Shown: piece after piece, positions 7,901-14,630 of the stretch
Layout: the number at the start of each line of letters is the position of its first letter
How positions within the stretch are numbered: position 1 is the first letter of the stretch
Notes under the pieces: generated by a model
Seen by the model: the letters and a program-made list of their open reading frames with translations, nothing else
The model's database searches: none
Told to the model about the DNA's origin: nothing
Translations under genes and position numbers: made by a program
Assembly (NCBI GenBank): GCA_049472335.1
Contig: JBLIRO010000097.1
Location: 1-16,554, forward strand
Direction of reading: 5' to 3'
Length of the DNA stretch: 16,554 nucleotides
Origin: a bacterium
GTDB taxonomy: Bacteria > SZUA-182 > DTGQ01 > JAFGSM01

Positions 7901-8164
7901 CCTGAAAGACCCGTTGGAAGCCTCTATAGGCTGCCAATTGTTTCCTCCGTCTTCTGTCAGGAAGACCCCATCCCCCATAAAACTTCCTGCAAACACCCTG
8001 TTCGGGTCGCCAGGGTCAATAGCGATATCATATATAGTGCCCCCATAAATGCCGAGGTTCTCCCAGAGCTTGAACTCCTGTGACATGGAAGACAAAGGGA
8101 AAATGCATAAGACCAATGAAAGAAAAGCAATAAACCTAAAAATCCTTTCAAACCATTTACACAT
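4976..8164 (-). CDS. Large secreted protein: BNR/Asp-box (VPS10/sortilin-like) beta-propellers, carboxypeptidase-regulatory-like domain, right-handed parallel beta-helix
   Basis: 1062 aa, signal peptide. Many (S/T)xDGGxxW Asp-boxes and IAIDPxDPNIxY repeats over about the first 740 aa. Then IAGYIKD...SSDPNGYFEF (beta-sandwich), then TIQEKINDA...GDIITVKPGIYYENIDF...IRGITLRNG...GGGIYC..SSPIISNCIIQDNSA (beta-helix). AGGGGG RBS. Confidence 0.88.
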   Translation of the reverse strand: MCKWFERIFRFIAFLSLVLCIFPLSSMSQEFKLWENLGIYGGTIYDIAIDPGDPNRVFAGSFMGDGVFLTEDGGNNWQPIEASNGSFREDTFKNHTVYAVKIASGNPDIVWVAHDFWVEKSMDGGKTWTHISNSQMQSDCNNCGGEDDALRICRSLAIDPIDPNIVYVGTSGPDHSYLSGTIYKTGDGGSTWEKIGFSDSTMDKTGSGYPDEFDYMVMDMDIDPQDPNIIWAVTNSGGDEAENQCNGSLYRSGDGGGTWKKIFPLEPSSTTSGFFTVAVKPDDSNMVFTGSGSGLRKHYKVRNWISDLIKISENCIVRDIAFDPTNPDIIYTTWRSPRSQDSLPKFVTSTNGGKDWDPNTIELVDPNKNIFLSGFLTLAVHPSNGNIIFGGELNLGVFKSQDRGQTWEPINNGINAMIVNDIVIDPNDSTHILTGTRCGVYEKKQNKGWLHLTQEETSVVAFHPTNTQIFYAGVEGRLGKTTDGGKNWSYSTELDDGKNYVSCIAIDPVDPNILFISVAGNGIYGRIYKSTNQNLDGGDWFGNPVLSSNYNFNVVAIDPSDSKHIFAGDGGYYDTNVVLGNLYESRDSGDFGTWDPNRLTGVIVNTLLIDPEDPNIIYVGCTETMDQRTTFYRTTDGGDEWESSCKDMHRESSHMRSHDSDRYHDKYWYTGELGRTTSSSITDLVFHPEKKNIIYASTMANGIFVSKNQGNNWRLVGTLPYYIYAIEVGSLDAVGTGGALRSGFVKIAGYIKDDVSNEGICDAKLKTVYDIIVVSVTISSDPNGYFEFGSLPSSDTDTYCIFATHGDYKDKTSNIIFDESEIFIDHNISMQRKTIQEKINDANDIGDIITVKPGIYYENIDFKGKSIILMSDPNDPNGVYKTIIDGNQVDSVVTFKNGEGIDSIIRGITLRNGLSDNGGGIYCHSSSPIISNCIIQDNSAVNNGGGIYCHLSSPIISNCIIQDNSAKEYGGGIYGFNSIPMLINNTMLKNVMFESKEDEQPNQIHLKINSTIVSDGEIINCGSAEDVFMKKKDHNTGKWETYYRFFDKPCGCKIRFSVTNVF
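5267..5416. repeat. Intragenic tandem duplication, 72-nt unit with 78-nt period
   Basis: 5267-5338 and 5345-5416 are identical at 71 of 72 positions and encode NGGGIYCH(S/L)SSPIISNCIIQDNSA twice. Confidence 0.95.
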
Positions 8165-8421
8165 TTTTGTCCCCCTGCTTAATCTAATATGGCTTAAAAT
8201 AAGTAATTAATTGCACTTAAGTCCAATCATAGCTATATATTATGTTATAGCGAATTCATGGCATCTTGTACAAAGTATATAATTTTATACAATCCGTCCA
8301 AGAAGGATCTTAGGTTTACCAAAGTCGGGTAAGTATGGGAATGAAATTTGAATTCCATGTGTAGTTGTATATGTATTTATTATTATAACATTGAAGACCT
8401 GCGAAATGAAAGAGATGTTTA

Positions 8422-9177
8422 CTATTTCTTTAAGACAGCTTTGGAGAATATATGATCCGGGATATCCACATCGAATTCTATGGTCTCGATGACAAATTCG
8501 GTTCCCCCTCCCTTTTTCAACATATCCTTGAATATGATCCTCTTTGGGAACCATCTGCCCTGTGTTCTTTGTATGTCCTTCAATTCCGTCTTTTTAAGCA
8601 ATTTACCGCTCCTTGCATACAGTTCCTCTTTCAATGGGATCATCCTTGATTGATCAACCCACATCTTACGCGAGTAGTAGGCCACATCCGTTGTTTTTGC
8701 CGTAAGCTTCAAAACCCAGCAGGAAGAACCATCGAGGGTATCTGTTCCGGTCACTTCCGCATCGTAATTGTCTGTCAATTTCTTATCTTCCAGCATATCC
8801 TCATAAGACAAGTCCGAACCCATCACGGACTGGCGCAGCATATGCCCTGATATCTTAATGGTCCTGTCCGTGGAAGGTGAATACATCCATAGCATGTCTT
8901 CCAGTTTCAGCATCTTAGTGCCTTTTTCTCTTGCAGGCGAAAGATACTCGGTGAAGGCCTTTTTTTCACCCTCAGCCCATGATTTTGACTCAATCGTCCT
9001 GCTGCCGCGCCTGCCGTGTATCACCATCTTCGATTCAAACACACGGGTCCTGGATGATATATTCTGATCAACCTCTCTCAGGATAGTCTCACCGGATGGA
9101 TACCGGGCATGAAGCGTGAAGACGCCTGACAAAAAAATGGCAACAAATATCTTCATCCCGGTAATGAATCTTTTCAT
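8422..9177 (-). CDS. Outer-membrane lipoprotein-sorting protein (LolA-like)
   Basis: 251 aa, signal peptide. Motifs EYLSPAREKGTKMLK...LWMYSPS.DRTIKIS...MGSDLSYED...YYSRKMWVD...GKLLK...IPDHIFSKAVL are characteristic of the LolA-like family. AAGGGG RBS. Confidence 0.9.
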   Translation of the reverse strand: MKRFITGMKIFVAIFLSGVFTLHARYPSGETILREVDQNISSRTRVFESKMVIHGRRGSRTIESKSWAEGEKKAFTEYLSPAREKGTKMLKLEDMLWMYSPSTDRTIKISGHMLRQSVMGSDLSYEDMLEDKKLTDNYDAEVTGTDTLDGSSCWVLKLTAKTTDVAYYSRKMWVDQSRMIPLKEELYARSGKLLKKTELKDIQRTQGRWFPKRIIFKDMLKKGGGTEFVIETIEFDVDIPDHIFSKAVLKK

Positions 9178-9300
9178 ACTTCCGGACCCCTTAATAAATT
9201 TTGTGAGTTTTACTTTTTATGGATTTATAGACAGGATAACATGAAGCCTGACATTATGTAAAATACTCCGACTAATTTGTATAATAAACAGGTTAATATG

Positions 9301-9343
9301 AAAAAAAAGGAGGCTTAAAAGACAGCCTCTTTCAAGCCTCCTT
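9301..9343 (-). terminator. Intrinsic terminator downstream of the DUF4114-like gene
   Basis: Minus-strand AAGGAGGCTTGAAAGA-ggctg-TCTTTTAAGCCTCCTT (16-bp stem with one G-U pair) running into a T tract, about 23 nt after the stop at 9367. Confidence 0.85.
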
Positions 9344-9366
9344 ATAAAGCCGAAAGATGAAAAATC

Positions 9367-10818
9367 CTAATGCAGGTCGAACCCTGTAGGCGGGTGGATC
9401 TGCAGGTTTCCGCCATCGATGTAGCCGTAGACCTCGTAAAGCACTTCCGTCAGATTCAGTGAATTCAAATCTATGTTGCCATCAGGAAGCCAGACGACAT
9501 CATCCGCGTATATACCATTATAGATAGTGATACGATAGAAGTCCGGGCAATCACAATTTGCCAGGTCTATATCTCCCTTTTCTCCGAACCCGCTTGAGGG
9601 GCATATAGCAGGATCAGGAGCGCCGTCATTTTTGCGTCCGGGTTCACCAAGATCGTCTATATTGACTTCGAACCAGTGAAATGTTCCGTCAAATCCCCTA
9701 TTCCCTTTGCCTTCCGCCGTGACGACTGGATTAGGGATCTTCCATATGGGCGCGTTCTTTCCTTTTCCTATATTTTTAAATGTTCCGATTCCGTCAAAAT
9801 CAAGCTGTTTCACTGGTGCAGGCCGGGCCGGAAAACAAAAGCCGGGATCGCTGCAACGGATATCAACGATCTCTGTTCCCTCTGGGGCACTGGCCGTTCC
9901 ACCATGAAAAGTGAAATCCCCGTATGGACCTTCCTGCTGGTGATGGGTCCACTCGCCTTTGGGCTGGGGCTGCTGGCCGGTGTTAGCTCCAGCCTGCCCT
10001 CCGAACTGATATCGGTTTACAGCATCCGGCAATTTGCCCGAACCATTGTGAATCATCTTTCCGGAGCCAAGGATGTGGTCCCAATTTTCATCAGTGTCAA
10101 CTCCTCCTCCGGTGAAGCGACATCCCATACTCGGGAGTGAGGGGGGATTCGGAGCTAGATTTTCAACCATAAGGACCATGTCGTCATAATCCCTATCAGC
10201 AGTTCTTTTGTCCCGGTCTTCAAATGCCAGGATAAATTCACTGTCCACCCATTCACCACTAGTTAAACCAGGAATCTGTATAGTATCTCCCGATCCCTGA
10301 TAAGCTGCCATGTGATCCATCCCATCTCTGTTTAGGCTGGTATCGCTATACCAAATATCACCGTCAGGGACTGAGCGTGAATCCAAATAGAATCCGAAGG
10401 TATTTCCGGCAAATTTTATGCCGGTATCAATAAAATTGACTCTCACGGCACCGTCCGCCAGGATCACAGCTATTGCCTGACTTGCGGTTATAGCCTCACC
10501 GCCAAAAATCGGAACCCTGTTTGACGGATTGGCTGCATCAAAGATCCCGAATTCATTAAATTCTGAAAGGTCTGAAAATTCGAAAATCATGGCGAGATAG
10601 AGCCCGGTGGGACCTGCTGACCAGTATGAGTCTCCATAATCAGGAACTTCCCTGGTAGTAACATCTATACTGCTTCCTCCTGGAGGGGAAACGGTTATAC
10701 TGTCAAGGACAGCTTGCAAAGCAACGCCGCCGTCTCCAAACGTGACCGCCATGGAATTATTAGTTAATAAGAAAGGACAGAGAGCTAATAACATTAGAAC
10801 GATTATGAGCCTTTTCAT
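9367..10818 (-). CDS. Secreted protein with DUF4114-like domain and a Cys-containing C-terminal domain (TGGG...DLGEPG...GGNLQIH; post-COAP-1-like)
   Basis: Start moved from the ORF-track 10890 to ATG 10818 (AAAGGGGGG RBS; MKRLIIVLMLLALCPFLL..SMA signal peptide), giving 483 aa. FGFYLDS...EFILAFED....DRDYDDMVLMVE is DUF4114-like. A Pro-rich linker APNPPSLPS precedes the C-terminal domain. Confidence 0.78.
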   Translation of the reverse strand: MKRLIIVLMLLALCPFLLTNNSMAVTFGDGGVALQAVLDSITVSPPGGSSIDVTTREVPDYGDSYWSAGPTGLYLAMIFEFSDLSEFNEFGIFDAANPSNRVPIFGGEAITASQAIAVILADGAVRVNFIDTGIKFAGNTFGFYLDSRSVPDGDIWYSDTSLNRDGMDHMAAYQGSGDTIQIPGLTSGEWVDSEFILAFEDRDKRTADRDYDDMVLMVENLAPNPPSLPSMGCRFTGGGVDTDENWDHILGSGKMIHNGSGKLPDAVNRYQFGGQAGANTGQQPQPKGEWTHHQQEGPYGDFTFHGGTASAPEGTEIVDIRCSDPGFCFPARPAPVKQLDFDGIGTFKNIGKGKNAPIWKIPNPVVTAEGKGNRGFDGTFHWFEVNIDDLGEPGRKNDGAPDPAICPSSGFGEKGDIDLANCDCPDFYRITIYNGIYADDVVWLPDGNIDLNSLNLTEVLYEVYGYIDGGNLQIHPPTGFDLH

Positions 10819-10884
10819 TTTATTCCCCCCTTTGATGTTTAAGCTCTGATGTTGATTATTCTCGACAGCTATTTTGAGCAATTT

Positions 10885-10902
10885 ATGCAATATCCATACC
10901 TG
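10885..10902 (-). promoter_or_regulatory. sigma54 (-24/-12) promoter candidate for the DUF4114-like gene
   Basis: Minus strand CAGGTATGGATATTGCAT: GG-N10-GC with TTGCA, about 67 nt upstream of ATG 10818. An IHF-like ATTCAAATAATTA lies on the minus strand at 10923-10935. Confidence 0.65.
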
Positions 10903-11242
10903 ACATATTCAGCATACAATGATAATTATTTGAATGACATTATTTAACATAAGGTTAAATACTTTTGTTAAGTCTATGACGATTATTTATTTAATAATTT
11001 TTAATCTAAAACCTGCTGAGCAAAAACTAAACAAACGAGTCAAATTTTTATAAAAATTTTGAATCGAAATGGGGATTATTCCAGTTTTTGGCCCAGGATT
11101 ATAATGAAATAAGGAATGTTTTTATTCATATTTATTTCGTATTTATCCCGGCATCTAATACCTGGCATCCAGTATAATTAAGCTCCAACAGATATAAGAC
11201 CTTCAAATTCAGCGGGTTGAAGGGAAGCTTTGCCTGGGGCTA

Positions 11243-11260
11243 TTGGTATCATTTTTGCAT
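11243..11260 (+). promoter_or_regulatory. sigma54 (-24/-12) promoter candidate for the Ig-like/NHL operon
   Basis: TTGGTATCATTTTTGCAT: TGG-N10-GC with TTGCA, 57 nt upstream of ATG 11318. Confidence 0.7.
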
Positions 11261-11317
11261 CGAACCAAACATTTTAAATTTGTTTTTAAATTTAAATATT
11301 ACAAAGGAGAAACATTT

Positions 11318-11758
11318 ATGAGAAAAAGGACGGTTTTAATCTTTTTCTGTCTAATTCTGACTCTCCAGCCAATCTTTGTTGCTTCAGGAGAATCACCTTT
11401 ATTTCTCCAACATAAATTAACAGGATACCTCCCAGGTGAGGATGGTGTTTCCCTGGATTATAATCTATTAATCGAAAACATGATTGATTCTTCCGTTTAC
11501 AATCTAACAATAAGAAACATTTCACTTTTAATTAAGGGCTCCAAAAATTTAACCCTGACTATAGGGGATTTGTCCGGACATGAAACCAGAGAAATCAATT
11601 TCCGGCTACATACACCAATGATGTTAACAGAAGATAAATTCTCTCAGCAATCGCTTTCCTGGATTGTTGAATATCAGGATGAAAACGAGTTACCTCATGA
11701 GGTCCTGTTGGAAAGTCACCCTCTGCTTCTGCTGAATGAGCTAGGAGGTGCTCAATGA
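11318..11758 (+). CDS. Small secreted hypothetical protein, probable single Ig-like beta-sandwich
   Basis: Start moved from 11243 to ATG 11318 (AAAGGAGA RBS; MRKRTVLIFFCLILTLQPIFVA signal peptide), giving 146 aa. LDYNLLIEN...YNLTI...IGDLSGHETREINF...VEYQDENE resembles CARDB/DUF11-type Ig folds. ATGA overlap with the NHL gene. Confidence 0.72.
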   Translation: MRKRTVLIFFCLILTLQPIFVASGESPLFLQHKLTGYLPGEDGVSLDYNLLIENMIDSSVYNLTIRNISLLIKGSKNLTLTIGDLSGHETREINFRLHTPMMLTEDKFSQQSLSWIVEYQDENELPHEVLLESHPLLLLNELGGAQ

Positions 11759-14553
11759 AAAAATCTATCCTTTCAGTTTATATTATTTTTATTATATCCC
11801 TGTGCTTATTTCCTTCATTTAAAATACAAGCTGTTATTGGTGATTATCTCTTCAAGTGGGGATCGGAATTCCATGTTCAATTTCCCGTTTATACCGCAAT
11901 AGATGGAAGCGGAAATGTCTATGTTTCAGATCATGTTAAACACTGCATTCAGGTTTATAGTCCGGCCGGAACAATTCTCAGGGAATGGGGCAGTTTCGGT
12001 AACAGTGACGGCCGGTTCAACAAACCATACGGAGTAGCTGTTGATGGAAGTGGAAATGTTTACGTGGTTGACAGTTCAAACAACCGTATCCAGAAATTTA
12101 CCCCGGATGGCACCTTTCTCATGAAATGGGGGGGATTATGGCATCCCATCCTTGGCGGCGATGGGCATGGCCTGTTTAACTCTCCATACGGAATAGCAGT
12201 TGACGTGAATGGCAAGGTTTATGTTTCGGATTATGGTAACCACCGTATCCAGGTATTTGACTCAAATGGGACATTCATTAATACATGGGGAAGCAAGGGC
12301 GATGCTGACGGCCAGTTTTATTTTCCGTTTAGTATTGCGGTAGACAATACAAATGGTGATATTTATGTAGCGGATGGCGGGAACCACAGAATTCAGGTAT
12401 TTTCTTCGGACGGAACATTTTTGAGAAAGTGGGGAGGCTTATGGAATCCTGGTTCCACCGATGATAGCCAGGGCAAGTTTTATTATCCATACGGAGTAGC
12501 ACCGGATGGGAGCGGCAATGTCTTTGTTGCCGATACTTACAACCACCGTATTCAGAAGTTTACCTCAGGCGGGGATTTTATAATGACATGGGGCAGCTAT
12601 GGCAGTGATAATGGCCAGTTTAAATATGTCTATGGAGTAACAGTAGATGGAAATGGAAAGCTATACGTATCTGACCGAACCAATTCACGTATTCAAATAT
12701 TTGCTCTAGACGGGACATTTCTATCCAAATGGGAGAACTATGGAACTGCTGACGGCCAGTTATACTATCCTTTTGACGTAACACTCAACAAAAAAAATGG
12801 AAAATTTTATGTAGCGGATTGTTCAAACCACCGTGTCCAGGTATTCGACCCAGACAGAAATTTTGTCCGGGCATGGGGCAGCTACGGAACTGATAATGGT
12901 CAGTTTAAGTGCTCCAGGGGGATTGCAATAAATGAAAGCGGCAAAGTCTTTGTTGTAGATAGATATAACAACCGTGTACAAGTATTCGACTCAGACGGAA
13001 ACTTTATCAAGGCATGGGGCAGCTACGGTAGTGGTAATGGTCAGTTTGATACTCCTGAGGGGATAGCCTTGGACGAGAGCGGGAATGTCTATGTAGCGGA
13101 TAGCTCAAACCATCGTATACAGGTATTCGATTCGGAAGGGAATTTTATAAAGGCTTGGGGGAGTCTGGGGTCTGCCAATTACCAGTTCAGACTTCCATGC
13201 GATGTGGCAATAGATAATATAAGTGGGTATATTTATGTAACAGACGCCTTTAACTATCGTATCCAGGTATTTGACTCCAAGGGGACATTCATTAATACAT
13301 GGGGGAGCCATGGCACTGCGGACGGCCAGTTCAATTTCCCATTCAGGGTTGCCGTGGACAAGTGTGGGAATGTTTATGTTTCGGACAGTTTAAACGACCG
13401 AATCCAGGTCTTTACCTCAGAAGGTACATTTCTCGGGAAATGGGGAATCTCCGGCAGCACCAATGGTAAACTTTTGTATCCAGCCGGAATAACAGTTGAC
13501 GAGAATTATAAAGTCTATGTATCGGAAGTTTTAAACTATCGTATCCAAGTTTTTGAAGGTGTAGTGGATAAAATACCCCCGTTGGCATTATGTAAAGATG
13601 TCAGCATACATCTCTATGCCCTTGATATTGCCCATATCAATCCTGCAGATATAGATAATGGCTCCTGTGATACATGCGGAATATCAAACCTGAAAGTTTT
13701 TCCTGATATATTTACCTGTGTTGATGCGGGCGAAAACACAGTTACTCTCACTGCCACGGATATTAGCGGTAATATGAGCAACTGTAACGCTACACTTACA
13801 CTCACGGTCGAGGATGACATTCCGCCTGTGTTGGATGATATTGACGCACCTTCAGACCCGGTGCCGATAAACACAAAAGTCAATGTAAATGTTAAATTCA
13901 CAGAAACCTGTCCGGACCCGGCACACATTTTCTGGGATTGGGGGGATGGTACCACTTCCTTAGGTACGATAGATGGTATCGGACTTATAACAGGAAGCCA
14001 CACATATAACATCCCCGGTGTTTATGAGATTAAAGCGACATTAACGGATTTTGGCAATAACTCGGTTGAATCCATATTTCAATATATTGTTGCCTATGAT
14101 CCTGATGGGGGTTTTGTAACAGGAAGCGGCTCGATCAATTCCCCGGCCGGTGCCTATACGGCTGATCCGTCTCTTACAGGAAAAGCGAACTTTGGATTTT
14201 TTTCCAAGTACAAGAAAGGCACAAACACACCTATGGGAAAAACTGAATTCCATTTTAAGGTTGCCAGGCTGGATTTCCATTCGGATTCATATCAGTGGCT
14301 GGTAGTTGCCGGACCAAATGCCAAATACAAGGGGACCGGAACAATCAACGGTGAAGGAGAGTATGGATTTATGCTTACAGCCGTTGACGGTGGCAAACCT
14401 GGCGAGGGAGGAACCGACAAATTCAGGATAAAGATCTGGGAAGCAACGGATACAACGGAAGATGTCATCATCTATGACAATATGATAGGTGCAGATGATG
14501 ACTCCTATGAGGCCACTGAATTAGTTGTCGGTTCAATTGTTGTCCATAAGTAA
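11755..14553 (+). CDS. Secreted NHL-repeat protein (12 repeats, i.e. two 6-bladed propellers) with HYR-like and PKD domains and a conserved C-terminal domain
   Basis: 932 aa, AGGAGG RBS, signal peptide. Twelve copies of F..P.GIAVD..GNVYV.D..NHRIQVF counted by eye. Then DKIPPLALC...NTVTLTATDISGN (HYR-like), WDWGDG...HTYNIPGVYEI (PKD) and YDPDGGFVTGSG...DKFRIKIW...GSIVVHK. Confidence 0.92.
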   Translation: MKKSILSVYIIFIISLCLFPSFKIQAVIGDYLFKWGSEFHVQFPVYTAIDGSGNVYVSDHVKHCIQVYSPAGTILREWGSFGNSDGRFNKPYGVAVDGSGNVYVVDSSNNRIQKFTPDGTFLMKWGGLWHPILGGDGHGLFNSPYGIAVDVNGKVYVSDYGNHRIQVFDSNGTFINTWGSKGDADGQFYFPFSIAVDNTNGDIYVADGGNHRIQVFSSDGTFLRKWGGLWNPGSTDDSQGKFYYPYGVAPDGSGNVFVADTYNHRIQKFTSGGDFIMTWGSYGSDNGQFKYVYGVTVDGNGKLYVSDRTNSRIQIFALDGTFLSKWENYGTADGQLYYPFDVTLNKKNGKFYVADCSNHRVQVFDPDRNFVRAWGSYGTDNGQFKCSRGIAINESGKVFVVDRYNNRVQVFDSDGNFIKAWGSYGSGNGQFDTPEGIALDESGNVYVADSSNHRIQVFDSEGNFIKAWGSLGSANYQFRLPCDVAIDNISGYIYVTDAFNYRIQVFDSKGTFINTWGSHGTADGQFNFPFRVAVDKCGNVYVSDSLNDRIQVFTSEGTFLGKWGISGSTNGKLLYPAGITVDENYKVYVSEVLNYRIQVFEGVVDKIPPLALCKDVSIHLYALDIAHINPADIDNGSCDTCGISNLKVFPDIFTCVDAGENTVTLTATDISGNMSNCNATLTLTVEDDIPPVLDDIDAPSDPVPINTKVNVNVKFTETCPDPAHIFWDWGDGTTSLGTIDGIGLITGSHTYNIPGVYEIKATLTDFGNNSVESIFQYIVAYDPDGGFVTGSGSINSPAGAYTADPSLTGKANFGFFSKYKKGTNTPMGKTEFHFKVARLDFHSDSYQWLVVAGPNAKYKGTGTINGEGEYGFMLTAVDGGKPGEGGTDKFRIKIWEATDTTEDVIIYDNMIGADDDSYEATELVVGSIVVHK

Positions 14554-14582
14554 AAGAAGAATAATTACTTTTGGTATGTAAA

Positions 14583-14618
14583 CTATAGTAATCCCCCTCT
14601 TTGAGGGGATTACTATAG
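14583..14618. terminator. Hairpin between convergent genes (probable bidirectional terminator)
   Basis: CTATAGTAATCCCC (14583-14596) and GGGGATTACTATAG (14605-14618) form a perfect 14-bp stem between the stops at 14553 and 14631. U-tracts are weak. Confidence 0.7.
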
Positions 14619-14630
14619 ATTGAAATAATG

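Noticed and set aside
4955..10140. Short ORFs overlapping the propeller, LolA-like and DUF4114-like genes (e.g. 5393..5872, 6358..6717, 8285..8554, 9676..10140)
   Set aside because: Alternate-frame or antisense shadows of long motif-supported CDSs.
10819..10890. ORF-track start at 10890 for the DUF4114-like gene
   Set aside because: That TTG lies inside the sigma54 -12 element; ATG 10818 has a strong RBS and begins a signal peptide.
11190..11275. Riboswitch (e.g. c-di-GMP) in the leader of the NHL operon
   Set aside because: Only one short hairpin; the paired GNRA-tetraloop/receptor architecture could not be found by eye. An Infernal scan would settle it.
11243..11317. ORF-track start at 11243 for the small secreted protein
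   Set aside because: That TTG lies inside the sigma54 -24 element; ATG 11318 has an AAAGGAGA RBS and begins a signal peptide.
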